From a virus (taxonomy: Duplodnaviria > Caudoviricetes), in the IMG/VR virus record IMGVR_UViG_3300032116_000002: DNA of 64,000 nucleotides; one strand, given 5' to 3'. Numbering within the stretch: the stretch's first letter is position 1; each line of letters starts with the position of its first letter. Below the pieces are notes generated by a model, which was not told where the DNA came from, ran no database searches, and saw only the letters and a list, made by a program, of their open reading frames with translations. A program made the translations under genes and the position numbers. Of the stretch, positions 34,223 to 45,209 are shown one piece after another.

Positions 34223-34408
34223 TTATTCGCTAGAAATTTTGCCCCAATTAAATTTCAACCACAGTCTTTCATGTATGTAATGTGCTATGGTCATAAAGAT
34301 GTTTATAACTATTGCTCCACTTAGTCCTGTCCATATTGCAGTAACCAATGTAGCTACGATTCTCCAAGTTATTGCTCTAATGATTGTTCTTTTGTGTGTT
34401 TCTGTCAT
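34223..34408 (-). CDS. DUF2061-like small membrane protein
   Basis: ETHKRTIIRAITWR and YIHERLW motifs. Confidence 0.75.
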   Translation of the reverse strand: MTETHKRTIIRAITWRIVATLVTAIWTGLSGAIVINIFMTIAHYIHERLWLKFNWGKISSE

Positions 34409-34420
34409 TGTATCTCCAAA

Positions 34421-34442
34421 ATAAAAGCCCCTTTCGGGGCTA
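34421..34442 (-). terminator. Intrinsic terminator after ahpD
   Basis: AGCCCC-GAAA-GGGGCT-TTTAT on the minus strand. Confidence 0.85.
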
Positions 34443-34444
34443 TG

Positions 34445-34963
34445 TTAATTACTCAATAACCTTGCTACAGAGGTCATAACCGCTGCTATTCGCCCTATAT
34501 CTCGTAATTGTTCTACTGTATATCCTTCTTTTTTAAGTGTTTCATAATGTGCCTTAACACAAAAATGACACTTACCTACTATACTTGCTGCAAGACTATA
34601 TGCCTCAAATCTTGCTTTGGTTGTACCACCATGCGTTGCAATCGCATTCATACGCAACTGTGCTGGCAAACCTTTTAATTGTTCATCATCTGCCATTTCA
34701 ACATATGGATACCATACATTGTTTTGTGCCATAATACTAGCTGCTGTTAGTGCTGCATCAGCCTCTTTACGATCACTTAATTGGCTGTGAACCCATGTCC
34801 AAAATTTTGAATTGCCAGTTGCAAATGCTGCTGCAAGTGCCACTGCCTCTGCTTCTTCAACTGGTAACGTACTACGTTTAATTACTGCATCTATGTTTAG
34901 TTTTGTATCCTTAGCGTATTCAGGAATACTTTGTTCTTTTAATGCGTCTACCCATGCTGTCAT
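34445..34963 (-). CDS. ahpD: Alkylhydroperoxidase AhpD family protein
   Basis: MAQNNVWY, FEAYSLAASIVGKCHFCVKAH (CxxC); next to ahpC. Confidence 0.9.
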   Translation of the reverse strand: MTAWVDALKEQSIPEYAKDTKLNIDAVIKRSTLPVEEAEAVALAAAFATGNSKFWTWVHSQLSDRKEADAALTAASIMAQNNVWYPYVEMADDEQLKGLPAQLRMNAIATHGGTTKARFEAYSLAASIVGKCHFCVKAHYETLKKEGYTVEQLRDIGRIAAVMTSVARLLSN

Positions 34964-35355
34964 TTTGTTAAAACTCCTAGTTGTCTATATCCTTTATATG
35001 TAGGATGGACCTTATCGGGAGATAGTTCAGGAATAATAATAAAAGTATCACCAAAATGTCTAGCAATTTTTTTAACCAACTCTTGTTTCTCTGGTTTAAT
35101 TGCAGGTACTATCCAAAATACTTGATCTGAATTAACATGAGTTCTTAATGCGACCAATTCTATTTCAGTGTTTAAGTTTTTAAAATCATTACTCCCTAAA
35201 CTAATAATTGTAGTTTTGGCAGGCTTGATTTTTTTAACATATGCATCATTCCAGTCTTTGCTATTGATACCACTCTGAGCATAAGCCACGCACTCAGTAC
35301 GTACTTGGCTTATACCCTTTGCTATGCTATCTCCTAAGATAAGGCACTCTATCAT
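34960..35355 (-). CDS. Minimal SGNH/GDSL hydrolase
   Basis: LGDSIA, SLGSND, DKVHP blocks. Confidence 0.8.
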   Translation of the reverse strand: MIECLILGDSIAKGISQVRTECVAYAQSGINSKDWNDAYVKKIKPAKTTIISLGSNDFKNLNTEIELVALRTHVNSDQVFWIVPAIKPEKQELVKKIARHFGDTFIIIPELSPDKVHPTYKGYRQLGVLTK

Positions 35356-35888
35356 TATAGTGTCTCGCCACCAACTGAACGGTTACATGCACATAATTCA
35401 CCTGTTTGTAGTGCATCTAGTACACGCAATGTTTCTTCTGGGCTACGACCAACATTTAGGTTATTAACAGTAACGTGTTGGATTACATTGTCTGGATCAA
35501 CAATAAATGTTGCACGGAGTGCTGCACCTGCAGGGGCGTAGAAAATGCCAAGCTGATTGATTAAGCTTAGTTCACCGCGCTGTGTATCTGCAAATTGTAC
35601 ATGTGTAATTTTTGCTAGATCAGGGTGTGCTTTCTGCCATGCTAATTTGCAGAATTCATTGTCTGTTGAACCAGTCAATAATACTGCATCACGGTCTTTG
35701 AAATCATTTGCCAACTTATCGTATGCTACGATTTCTGTTGGGCAAACAAATGTGAAATCTTTTGGGTAGTAAACGATAACTTTCCATTTACCTTCAAAAC
35801 TTGTGTCGGTAATGTCAAAAAACTGATCACTACCTGGGTTGACGCCGGTTACGGCAAATTTTTCAATGGTATCACCAACTGTTTTCAT
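35355..35888 (-). CDS. ahpC: 2-Cys peroxiredoxin
   Basis: YPKDFTFVCPTEI and GELCAC. Confidence 0.95.
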   Translation of the reverse strand: MKTVGDTIEKFAVTGVNPGSDQFFDITDTSFEGKWKVIVYYPKDFTFVCPTEIVAYDKLANDFKDRDAVLLTGSTDNEFCKLAWQKAHPDLAKITHVQFADTQRGELSLINQLGIFYAPAGAALRATFIVDPDNVIQHVTVNNLNVGRSPEETLRVLDALQTGELCACNRSVGGETL

Positions 35889-35995
35889 TTGTGTCTCCTT
35901 ATGTGTGAATGAAATTATAATAAGCTATCTATTATAATCTAGTTATTTAGCTTTTTTAAATAGTTTGGGTAAATACTTTTCGATTAAATACATAG

Positions 35996-37576
35996 ATGAG
36001 TGGATTAGCGTTTAACCCAAATGCATATGATATCGTGTTTTTAAGCTACGATGAACCAAACGCCGACGAAAACTATCAGCATTTACTCTCAATAAAACCC
36101 AAAGCAAAACGTGTGCATTGTGTCAAGGGTAGTGACGCAGCGCATAAAGCCTGTGCGGAGTTAGCTACTACAGATAGAGTTGTAATTGTAGACGGTGATA
36201 ACAAAGTTCTACCATCATTATTCAAACGTAATGTTTGGATAAAGCAAGGATATTTTGACTGGGATGATAAAGTTTTTAGCTATAGTAGTCTAAACTCAAT
36301 CAATGGCACAAGTTATGGAAACGGTGGCGTTAAGTGTTGGCCCGTGGAAAAAATTTTGGCTATGCGAACTCACGAAATCAGTGAGGATGAAAATGTAAGT
36401 GTAGATTTTGATTTTGATAGTTATCTACAATTGAACACTATCGGCAGTCATACTGTCGTTAATAGTAATCCATTACAAGCATGGCGTGCAGGATTCCGTG
36501 ATGCAGTGAAGTTATTCATGAGTGGCAATGGTACGTTTGATGACGTAGATTGGCGCAATATGGATAGATTGTATAGTTGGATGCATATAGGTGCTGATGT
36601 TGAGAATGGATTATGGGCATGTTATGGTGCAAGATTAGGATGCTATTTGATACAGCGTGGTTATGACCATCATGAATTGTGCGATTTTGATAGATTAAAT
36701 GATACATTTAAAATGTATTACGCAGCATCACACAATAACTTAGAAAAGGCATGCAATAATTTATCTATATTGCTTAATCATAGATATGTAGGTAAGGTGT
36801 TCAGTCCTGAACAAAGTATTGAATACAAAGAAAATATTAAACCACCTGTTCGTAGTCCTGAACATTTTGTAGCAGGGAATAAAGATCCTGAGTATGACAT
36901 AGTTTTTATAAGTTATGATGAATCAAATGCTGATGAGAATTATGAAAAATTATTATGTAGGTTTCCTAGAGCAAAAAGAGTACATGGAGTAAAAGGTATA
37001 CACAATGCACACAAAGAGGCTGCATTGTTATGTTCTACTGATTACTTTTGGGTAGTAGATGCAGACGCAGAGATAGTAGATAGTTTTAATTTTGATTATG
37101 TTGTACCTTTCTTTGACTTAGCAAGAGTTAGAGTATGGCGTTGTAAGAATCCTATCAATGATCTTGTATATGGATACGGTGGTGTTAAGTTGTTACCTAG
37201 ATGTTTAGTAAATAAAATGGATGTTAACACTACTGATATGACAAGTAGCATAAGCAAACATTATGAACCAGTGCAAGAGTTAAGCAACATCACAAAATTT
37301 AACACTGATCCATTTACTACATGGCGCAGTGCATTTAGAGAATGTGTTAAGTTAAGTAGTCAAACTATTCAAGGGCAGGTATCACAAGAAACATTAGAAA
37401 GATTAGACATTTGGTGCAGTGTAGGTATAGATAAAGAATATGGCAAGTATGCTATTCAAGGTGCCAAACAAGGTAGAGAATACGGTTTAGAAAACAAAAA
37501 TAATAATGAAGCATTAAGAAAGATTAATGATTATAGTTGGTTAAAAGAATTATATGAAAGAACAGTTAGCGTTTAG
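35996..37576 (+). CDS. Tandem two-domain glycosyltransferase-like protein
   Basis: YDIVF(L/I)SYDExNADENY module occurs twice, each with a DxD-like motif (VDGD, VDAD); TAAATA elements at 35970 and 35985. Confidence 0.65.
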   Translation: MSGLAFNPNAYDIVFLSYDEPNADENYQHLLSIKPKAKRVHCVKGSDAAHKACAELATTDRVVIVDGDNKVLPSLFKRNVWIKQGYFDWDDKVFSYSSLNSINGTSYGNGGVKCWPVEKILAMRTHEISEDENVSVDFDFDSYLQLNTIGSHTVVNSNPLQAWRAGFRDAVKLFMSGNGTFDDVDWRNMDRLYSWMHIGADVENGLWACYGARLGCYLIQRGYDHHELCDFDRLNDTFKMYYAASHNNLEKACNNLSILLNHRYVGKVFSPEQSIEYKENIKPPVRSPEHFVAGNKDPEYDIVFISYDESNADENYEKLLCRFPRAKRVHGVKGIHNAHKEAALLCSTDYFWVVDADAEIVDSFNFDYVVPFFDLARVRVWRCKNPINDLVYGYGGVKLLPRCLVNKMDVNTTDMTSSISKHYEPVQELSNITKFNTDPFTTWRSAFRECVKLSSQTIQGQVSQETLERLDIWCSVGIDKEYGKYAIQGAKQGREYGLENKNNNEALRKINDYSWLKELYERTVSV

Positions 37577-38549
37577 CGATATACCTTTCAATGACATTGT
37601 TAGATTTGGTCAGGCAACTATGCTTGATGACACACTGTTTTCTATAAGTTGGATATTAGGAAGATTTTGTAACTATAAATGCAGTTATTGTTGGCCATAC
37701 GCAAGAAATGATACACCAGATCATCAAGAACTAGAAACATATTTAAAAACAATAGATGAAATAAAAAGACAAGCCAGACAAAATGGCTTCAATAAATTTC
37801 ATTGGTCATTCAGTGGCGGCGAACCAACAGCGTATAAACATTTACTTGAATTAGTAAAGCATGTTGATGATGGACCTGGTACTCCATATCAAAGCATCCA
37901 CATGACTACTAACTTAAGTCCTAGTAGGCGTTGGTGGAAAAATTATGCTGAGATAACTAGCATGTTACAAAGGCGTAGTATCACTGCAAGCTTTCATGAT
38001 GAGTTCGCAAAAGAAATTGAGTTTGGTGATAAGATATTACAATTAACCGAAGATGATGTATTCGTAACTATTAATCAAGTTATGGTTCCGTCAAAGTTTT
38101 ATGAGTTATACGAAAGATTGTGTCGTTTTGCAGCACGTGGAATTAATGTCACACTCAAGCCACAAAGCGATCCTACAGCTAGTTTTGTAGTTGACGGATA
38201 CAGTGAAGATATGATAAAATTAATGCGTGATGGCTTCCCTCAACATGCAAAAAATCAAGAAGTAATGCAAGTAAAACTTATTGATAAAGATAATAAAGTT
38301 TGGTATATGGATCAAGCAGAAAGATTTAATGCGTTTGGTTTCAACAAATTTAAAGATTGGATGTGTAATTCAGGGTATCAAGGTTTAGTTATTAGAGAGA
38401 ATGAAGTAAAACGAAGCTATAGTTGTAGAGATGAAATATTAGGGACATTAGACGGTGGATTTAAATTATTTGATAGTCCTAAAATATGTATCACAGACAG
38501 TTGTGTGAGTTCCGCAGATAGTAAATTACCAAAATGCAAATCGATTTAG
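37554..38549 (+). CDS. Radical SAM protein
   Basis: CNYKCSYC, SGGEPT, C-terminal C..C..CxS Cys cluster. Confidence 0.92.
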   Translation: MKEQLAFSDIPFNDIVRFGQATMLDDTLFSISWILGRFCNYKCSYCWPYARNDTPDHQELETYLKTIDEIKRQARQNGFNKFHWSFSGGEPTAYKHLLELVKHVDDGPGTPYQSIHMTTNLSPSRRWWKNYAEITSMLQRRSITASFHDEFAKEIEFGDKILQLTEDDVFVTINQVMVPSKFYELYERLCRFAARGINVTLKPQSDPTASFVVDGYSEDMIKLMRDGFPQHAKNQEVMQVKLIDKDNKVWYMDQAERFNAFGFNKFKDWMCNSGYQGLVIRENEVKRSYSCRDEILGTLDGGFKLFDSPKICITDSCVSSADSKLPKCKSI

Positions 38550-39124
38550 AACACATATTATTTTGGATGGATGCTATTCGCAATAGCGAAGATCCTAAAC
38601 GCACTTTAGAAAGTTTCTGGAAAGGTCAGATCAAAAGCAAAGCCTGGCTGATAAGAGAAATGGGTGTGTTTATAGGTAAGCCAGTTACTATAGATATATT
38701 TGGTGGCTGGAACGGAGTGCTTGCTAGTATGTTGTTTCATGCTGCATATCCTGTAAAGTCTATTCGTAGTATTGACATTGATCCAAAATGCGAAGAAACT
38801 GCTAATACGATGAATAAGATTGAGCATATGGCGGGTAGATTTGTAGCAGTTACAGAGGATATGTGTGATTCTATTAGTGAGGCAGATGTAGTAATCAATA
38901 CTAGTTGCGAACATATTTCTCAAGACCAGTACAAAAGTTGGCTAAATAGATTACCTGCCAAAAGTTTGATTGTACTGCAAAGTAACAATTACCAAATAGA
39001 TGAGCATGTACGGATAGCTAACACACTAGATGAATTCATTGAACAATCAGAATTAAATGTTTCATTTTCTGGTGAGTTAGAGTTACCATTGTACAAAAGA
39101 TTTATGATTATAGGGAGAAAATAG
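38534..39124 (+). CDS. Class I SAM-dependent methyltransferase-like protein
   Basis: IDIFGGWNG, RSIDIDP, VINTSCEH. Confidence 0.75.
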   Translation: MQIDLEHILFWMDAIRNSEDPKRTLESFWKGQIKSKAWLIREMGVFIGKPVTIDIFGGWNGVLASMLFHAAYPVKSIRSIDIDPKCEETANTMNKIEHMAGRFVAVTEDMCDSISEADVVINTSCEHISQDQYKSWLNRLPAKSLIVLQSNNYQIDEHVRIANTLDEFIEQSELNVSFSGELELPLYKRFMIIGRK

Positions 39125-39657
39125 TGCTAAAAAAGGTTCACTTAGATTTTGACTTTAGTAAACTATTGTCAGCGGATTATACTCAGCACTGCGGTAGCTG
39201 TATTAAACATCAGGTTCATGAATTGAATGATATACATGAGCAATATGGTGGCTTCCCTGAATCATACTCGTTTGAAAATACTAAGATACATCAACTATGG
39301 TGGGATGATACACAAATAGATTATAAAGAATTGGGTGAGAAGTTAGGTATGGAAGTAATCACAGTGAGTACAATCATGCAGCCACCTGGTTGTACTGTGC
39401 CATTACACCGTGATACTTTTTATCAAATCAATACACGTTATCCAGATAGAAAAGAATTAAAAGTTCGTGCAAACATATATCTAGAGGACTATAAAATAGG
39501 TCAATTCATTCAATACCAAGAAAACAATGGCTATACAACTAGTGTAGATTGGGTAACAGGTGATGGCTTCATTTGGGATAGCGAAGTTTTACATTTAAGC
39601 ACCAACGGTGGTATGCAAAACAAATATACAATGCAAGTGTCAGGATTTTTATTGTGA
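39124..39657 (+). CDS. 2OG-Fe(II) oxygenase-like protein
   Basis: PLHRD (HxD) and distal LH; cupin-like pattern. Confidence 0.7.
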   Translation: MLKKVHLDFDFSKLLSADYTQHCGSCIKHQVHELNDIHEQYGGFPESYSFENTKIHQLWWDDTQIDYKELGEKLGMEVITVSTIMQPPGCTVPLHRDTFYQINTRYPDRKELKVRANIYLEDYKIGQFIQYQENNGYTTSVDWVTGDGFIWDSEVLHLSTNGGMQNKYTMQVSGFLL

Positions 39658-40685
39658 GATATCCAAGAAATTATACAAGCATTCACATAGAGTTAACAGA
39701 CAAGTGTCAAGCAAGTTGTCCAATGTGCGCACGTAACTACAATGGTGGTGCTGAAAGACCCTTTGTTGGTCAATCAGAGATTACACTAGAAGATTTTAAA
39801 CGTTGGGTAGATGTTGAGATATTAGAAAATTTATATTATTTTTACGCTTGTGGTAATTACGGAGATCCTATTATCGCTAAAGATTGTTTAGAAATTTTTA
39901 GATATGTTAGGGAAAATAGTGACACACGGTTGAGCATCCATACTAACGGTGGTGCAAGAAATACTAAATGGTGGCATGATTTAGCTGATGCAATGCGTGG
40001 CGATCATGAAGTTACATTTGGAATAGATGGATTTGCAGATAGTCATGTACTATATCGTAGAGGAACTGATTATAATAAAATTATCGACAACGCAAAGGCA
40101 TTTATTGATAACGGTGGATATGCTACAGTAGATACACTTATCTTCAAACACAATGAAGATGAAGCTAAGGCATTCGAAGAAGAAATGCTACGTATAGGAT
40201 TTAAATCTGTAAACTTCAAATCTACCCAACGTTTCTATGATATGGATAAGTTTCCTGTACAGGATACTAAAGGTAACTTAGAATATTATCTTGAACCTCC
40301 AACTAAAGAACCATTTAAAAGGATGAACTTCTTAAAGTTAGAAGATATTAGCAAAGATATTTCTATTTGGGAGAACATCGTTGCTACTACTAACGTTGAT
40401 CCTAAATGTATGAATAAGAATGAAATTTATATTGATAGCAGAGGCAATGTACTGCCCTGTTGTTGGGTAGGTTCAGATATGCTTGAAGAACCGTTAGACG
40501 TAAGTTTAACTATTCATAATCTTAGAAACAAATTAGTAGATAACACAAAAGAACATTTTGGTAAGTTTACAGGTCTTAATTTAAATGACTTGCCATTAGA
40601 TTATATTTTAGAAAGTGAAGCTTGGGCACTATTACATGATAAAGATATTAAGCCATGGATATGTACTAAGAATTGTTCAGCATGA
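39654..40685 (+). CDS. Radical SAM/SPASM-twitch protein
   Basis: CQASCPMC; C-terminal C..GNVLPCCW..CTKNC. Confidence 0.92.
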   Translation: MRYPRNYTSIHIELTDKCQASCPMCARNYNGGAERPFVGQSEITLEDFKRWVDVEILENLYYFYACGNYGDPIIAKDCLEIFRYVRENSDTRLSIHTNGGARNTKWWHDLADAMRGDHEVTFGIDGFADSHVLYRRGTDYNKIIDNAKAFIDNGGYATVDTLIFKHNEDEAKAFEEEMLRIGFKSVNFKSTQRFYDMDKFPVQDTKGNLEYYLEPPTKEPFKRMNFLKLEDISKDISIWENIVATTNVDPKCMNKNEIYIDSRGNVLPCCWVGSDMLEEPLDVSLTIHNLRNKLVDNTKEHFGKFTGLNLNDLPLDYILESEAWALLHDKDIKPWICTKNCSA

Positions 40686-41935
40686 TTAATTTATTCTACG
40701 ACAATTTAATTACAGGAAATGGTTCAAGTGAAATTGATAATCCAGTTCGCCCCACAATTAGCATTACACACCATTTAACTCAGTTGGGCGTAGAATTCAC
40801 AACTCATCAAATCAATTCAGAAACCAAACTAGACCACAATCAAACTAATTTATACGTTATTGAATTAATGTATGGGAATAAGATTGATGAGATATTTAAA
40901 AATTTAAGTGAGCAGGCACTAACATTTTTACGCAATGACATAAAGCTATTAGTTTATTTTCCATATGAGGGTTTTGAACTCAAATTATACGAAAATTGGT
41001 TTTATAAATTACACAAAGGGTTTATAAACCATAATATCACTTGCAAAAAATACTTTGTATTTAATAACTTGTATATGGAAGACCATTACAAGCATTTTTT
41101 ATTAGAAAATACGATAGGTGAACAGTTTCAATTCAACAACGTGTTCGGGTTCCCCTATTTTCAATTCGAATACTATCACACAGTAAAAGAACAAGTTGAA
41201 GAAGGACTTCCACAAGTTAAAGTAGAAAACCTTTTTAACAAAGATAAAGATTATTTGTGCTTAAATTCTAAAATAAGAGCCCATAGAGTGTTTTTAGTAA
41301 GTGAGTTGGAACGTAGAGAAATAGAAAAAAATTGTTATCTAAGTATGATGGGTAGCACATTTAAGTACGACGAAACTACAATAGAATTTGCCAAAAATGT
41401 ATTATCGCAATACATGAAAAACTCCGAGATGGTTAGTCAACCAATGATTGATGGGGTGCGTAAATACGTTGATGATTGGAAAGAACGACTTTTAGATAGT
41501 GATGCTAATAACTTAAACGACAGAGTATTAGATCCAAAATACTATGAGTCAAGTTTCTTCAGTATAGTAAGCGAAACTGGAATGAGTCATCATTTAAGAT
41601 TGACTGAAAAGCCATTCAGAGCGATAGTAAACTATCACCCATATATTATTGTGGGATGTAACGGTACTTTAGAATATCTAAAGTCATTAGGTTTTGAAAC
41701 TTTCCCTGAATTGTTTGATGAAAGTTATGATAATGAACCAGATATGGCTAAACGATTATTAATGGTAATTAATGAGGTAGAAAAGTTTGTCAATCTTACA
41801 TTCGACGAAAAAATGTCGAGATATAGAATGGTACACGATAAAGTATTACACAACAGAGAAGTATTTTTTAATAAAGTCGCAGTTGATACTATTAATGACT
41901 TTAAAAAGATTTTTGAGTATATAAAAAATGACTGA
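40673..41935 (+). CDS. Hypothetical protein, possibly glycosyltransferase-like
   Basis: IVSET...LTEKPF...LGFETF C-terminal motif; family not certain. Confidence 0.55.
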   Translation: MFSMINLFYDNLITGNGSSEIDNPVRPTISITHHLTQLGVEFTTHQINSETKLDHNQTNLYVIELMYGNKIDEIFKNLSEQALTFLRNDIKLLVYFPYEGFELKLYENWFYKLHKGFINHNITCKKYFVFNNLYMEDHYKHFLLENTIGEQFQFNNVFGFPYFQFEYYHTVKEQVEEGLPQVKVENLFNKDKDYLCLNSKIRAHRVFLVSELERREIEKNCYLSMMGSTFKYDETTIEFAKNVLSQYMKNSEMVSQPMIDGVRKYVDDWKERLLDSDANNLNDRVLDPKYYESSFFSIVSETGMSHHLRLTEKPFRAIVNYHPYIIVGCNGTLEYLKSLGFETFPELFDESYDNEPDMAKRLLMVINEVEKFVNLTFDEKMSRYRMVHDKVLHNREVFFNKVAVDTINDFKKIFEYIKND

Positions 41936-43340
41936 ACAATTTTGGAAAACACACAACAGCCCTAAACTGGCTGAACTACAGACAAACATAGAGCAACTAG
42001 CCGGTACAGATACATTCTGTGTATTACCTTGGATACACTTTGCTACTAGACCAAATGGCGATATGAGATTATGCTGCTCTGCTAATGCAAGCGGTGCAGG
42101 ACTAGATCATACAGTTGGATTAGTAAAAAACGAAACAGGAAAGCCTGCTAACTTTGGTAAAGAAACTCCATTAAGTGCATGGAACAATGACTACATGAAA
42201 AGTGTACGCACAACTATGCTACGGAATGAAATACCTAGTAGTTGCAGTAAGTGCTTTGAAGAAGAAGGTAAAGGTGTAGTCAGTAAGCGTATGTGGGAAA
42301 GCAACACATGGATGGCTGATGGTTTAGATATACCTGAACTCGTAAGACAAACACAAGAAGATGGCACTATACCTGACAAACTTGTTTACTTAGACTTGCG
42401 TTTAGGTCATACGTGTAATCTTAAATGTATTATGTGTAGCCCACATGATAGTAGTAAATGGGTACAAGATTACAAAAAAGTGTTTCCTATACTACAAAGT
42501 GAGGTAGTTAAATCACAAATTGCATGGGAGCAATCAGAGTTTAATAATCAATGGTATGAGAATCCATCGTTCTGGGAACAGATGTTTGAGCAGATTCCTA
42601 ATCTCAAACAAGTGTACTTTGCAGGTGGTGAACCACTAATGATCAAAGAACACAAAATGTTTTTAGAAGAAATCATACGCAGAGGATATGCTGATAAGAT
42701 ATTAATTCGTTACAACAGTAATGGATTGTTATTAGATCAGGATACAATTGATTTATGGAAACAGTTTAAGAAAGTTAAATTCGCAGTAAGTATTGATGAC
42801 ATTGGAGATAGAAATTACTTCATACGTTATCCAGCAGATTGGGCCACACTTGAAAAGAACATGCACATTCTAGATCAGACACCTAGCAACATTCATGTGA
42901 GTATCGCAACTGCTATTCAAATACTTAATATTAAAACGTTACCTGAACTAGCAAAGTGGAAGATTAATCAAGGATTCAAAAAGATTAATTTAGAAAATGT
43001 ATACGACGGTGTACAAGCAGGTGGCGGTATATTCAATATGCATTTGCTCTATATACCAACATTCTTAAGTTGTAGACTATTGCCTGAAGAAGATAAACGT
43101 GAAGTTCGTAAGATATACGGTGAGTTTGCTACATGGCTACATGAGAATTATAGACAAGATGAAGATTTTTGGAAGATAAATCCATATGGCTGGAAGCGTT
43201 GGCAAGCTATACTAGACTTTATGGATGCAGAAGATCATACGCATTTATTACCAGACTTTAAAGAATACATTCACAAAATGGATAATATTCGTGGCACTGA
43301 CTTTAAACAAATATTCCCTGGATTAGCACACTTACTATGA
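41928..43340 (+). CDS. Radical SAM protein with N-terminal twitch-like domain
   Basis: FCVLPW..CC..CSKC, then CNLKCIMC and FAGGEP. Confidence 0.92.
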   Translation: MTEQFWKTHNSPKLAELQTNIEQLAGTDTFCVLPWIHFATRPNGDMRLCCSANASGAGLDHTVGLVKNETGKPANFGKETPLSAWNNDYMKSVRTTMLRNEIPSSCSKCFEEEGKGVVSKRMWESNTWMADGLDIPELVRQTQEDGTIPDKLVYLDLRLGHTCNLKCIMCSPHDSSKWVQDYKKVFPILQSEVVKSQIAWEQSEFNNQWYENPSFWEQMFEQIPNLKQVYFAGGEPLMIKEHKMFLEEIIRRGYADKILIRYNSNGLLLDQDTIDLWKQFKKVKFAVSIDDIGDRNYFIRYPADWATLEKNMHILDQTPSNIHVSIATAIQILNIKTLPELAKWKINQGFKKINLENVYDGVQAGGGIFNMHLLYIPTFLSCRLLPEEDKREVRKIYGEFATWLHENYRQDEDFWKINPYGWKRWQAILDFMDAEDHTHLLPDFKEYIHKMDNIRGTDFKQIFPGLAHLL

Positions 43341-44344
43341 AAAAGATCATTAAGATAATAAACGTACAAGAAAACAATGTACTGGACATACGCTTTTGGC
43401 CTACGGATATATGTAATTATGATTGCAGTTATTGCTTTCCAAATAGTAAAGATGCCATATATAGATATCCAAAAAATGTTGACACCGTAGTCAGAAACTT
43501 TAGAAAACTTTTTAATGTTTACAATGAAAAGTTTGGTAAAGACACATTCTATATTAACTTAGTAGGTGGTGGTGAACCAACACTATGGCCTCAGTTCAGT
43601 TATTTTTGTGAACACATTAAGAAAGAACACAATGTAAGACTACAAGTTACTACAAATGGTAGCAGAACACTACGTTGGTGGGAAGAAAATATACAGTACC
43701 TAGATAAAGTTGTGTTAAGTTGCCACAATGAATTTGTAGATTTAGAAAATTTTATTAATGTTGCGGATTATGTGTATGAGCAAGGCAAAGTTATAAATGC
43801 ACTTGTTCTTATGGATGCGCCTAACTTTGATAAGTGTGTAAACATAGTAGAAACTATGAAGTCTACTAGCAAACATCCATGGCTGATTGAAGTAAAAACT
43901 GTTGTAGATAGTCCTGGACACGATGTTGGTTCGTACACAGAAGAACAATTAAAATATATGCGTATGGGACTTAAGAGAATACCAGATGGAGAGTGGATAC
44001 TTAAGCACATGGATCAATTAGTTCCATTCAAAAGCATTGGAATGTTTGATGATGGTTCTGTAAAGCCATTTAAACCTGATGACTATATTAGTCAACAAAT
44101 AAACAATTTTTACAATTGGAAATGTAACGTGTCAATTGAAAATCTTGTTATCAGCTATGATGGTAAAGTAACCGGTAGCTGTCAGGAAGAAGTATTCACT
44201 AATACGAATCTTAATATGTTTAGTGAAAACTTTGAAGAAGAATTCAATAGTGAGGCACTTGCACTGAAACCAATTATATGTCCTAGATTACACTGTGGAT
44301 GTACGCCAGATACGCATATCACTAAAGAGAAGGTGCAAACTTAG
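43337..44344 (+). CDS. Radical SAM protein
   Basis: CNYDCSYC, GGGEPT, C-terminal C..C..CxCxxD. Confidence 0.92.
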   Translation: MKKIIKIINVQENNVLDIRFWPTDICNYDCSYCFPNSKDAIYRYPKNVDTVVRNFRKLFNVYNEKFGKDTFYINLVGGGEPTLWPQFSYFCEHIKKEHNVRLQVTTNGSRTLRWWEENIQYLDKVVLSCHNEFVDLENFINVADYVYEQGKVINALVLMDAPNFDKCVNIVETMKSTSKHPWLIEVKTVVDSPGHDVGSYTEEQLKYMRMGLKRIPDGEWILKHMDQLVPFKSIGMFDDGSVKPFKPDDYISQQINNFYNWKCNVSIENLVISYDGKVTGSCQEEVFTNTNLNMFSENFEEEFNSEALALKPIICPRLHCGCTPDTHITKEKVQT

Positions 44345-45209
44345 TAATAGGAATGTCAGCCGCACATGTGCAGAACTCTCTTGTACATGTGATAGGCTCT
44401 TTGGGTATATCAAAAGTACCATTGTAGATATTACCCAAACTACCGCCTACTCTGCAAGTCGCACGATGTACTTCACCATCCCAGTTAATCATCAAGCTTT
44501 CTAATCCTATATTACAAGTCCAATCTTTGAACTTGTTGAGGTGTAATTTAATAATTTCATTAGCATGATACTTGTGTTCATCATCTACAACGGTGTTAGG
44601 TTGCGTTTTAGCCTCGTACCCTTTTATCCAATCTAAATCATTCTGATCGTATTTCATATCATCAAACAAATCATGATCACCTTCAGTCCAACGAACACGA
44701 CGGATGATATGATGAACTCCGTGCTGCTGTAGTATATCAACTGCTTCTCTAACATCTTTCATTAGGTCTTGATGAGCCATTACATGTACGACAGTAGTTC
44801 TAAACTTGCTTACTTCAACAATTGTTTTTAGTACTCTTCTCCAATCATATTCAAAGTGTAAACTGAAAACAAATTGATCGGCTTTTTGTTGTAGATACCA
44901 TGAGTAAGGTCTAGTACCATTTGTAGTAACGCTTACCCATTCTACTTTATTATCTTTTGCATGTTTAATTATTTCTTCAAAGTTGGGATGTACTGTTGGT
45001 TCACCACCCGTAAAACTTAACCTAATAGGTCTACCTATATCAAGTAATTTATTAATAGAACGTTTAATTATTTCAATATCAGTATGTGGACTGGTGTTGT
45101 CATGTATAACCGCAGGACAATAACTACAATCGTAATTGCACCGCTTACCTAAATTCCATTCTACTTTAATAGAATTTTGATGCGACCATCTGCTAGTAAC
45201 TTTAAACAT
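44322..45209 (-). CDS. Radical SAM protein
   Basis: CNYDCSYC, TGGEPT, C-terminal C..C..CTCAAD. Confidence 0.92.
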   Translation of the reverse strand: MFKVTSRWSHQNSIKVEWNLGKRCNYDCSYCPAVIHDNTSPHTDIEIIKRSINKLLDIGRPIRLSFTGGEPTVHPNFEEIIKHAKDNKVEWVSVTTNGTRPYSWYLQQKADQFVFSLHFEYDWRRVLKTIVEVSKFRTTVVHVMAHQDLMKDVREAVDILQQHGVHHIIRRVRWTEGDHDLFDDMKYDQNDLDWIKGYEAKTQPNTVVDDEHKYHANEIIKLHLNKFKDWTCNIGLESLMINWDGEVHRATCRVGGSLGNIYNGTFDIPKEPITCTREFCTCAADIPITKFAPSL

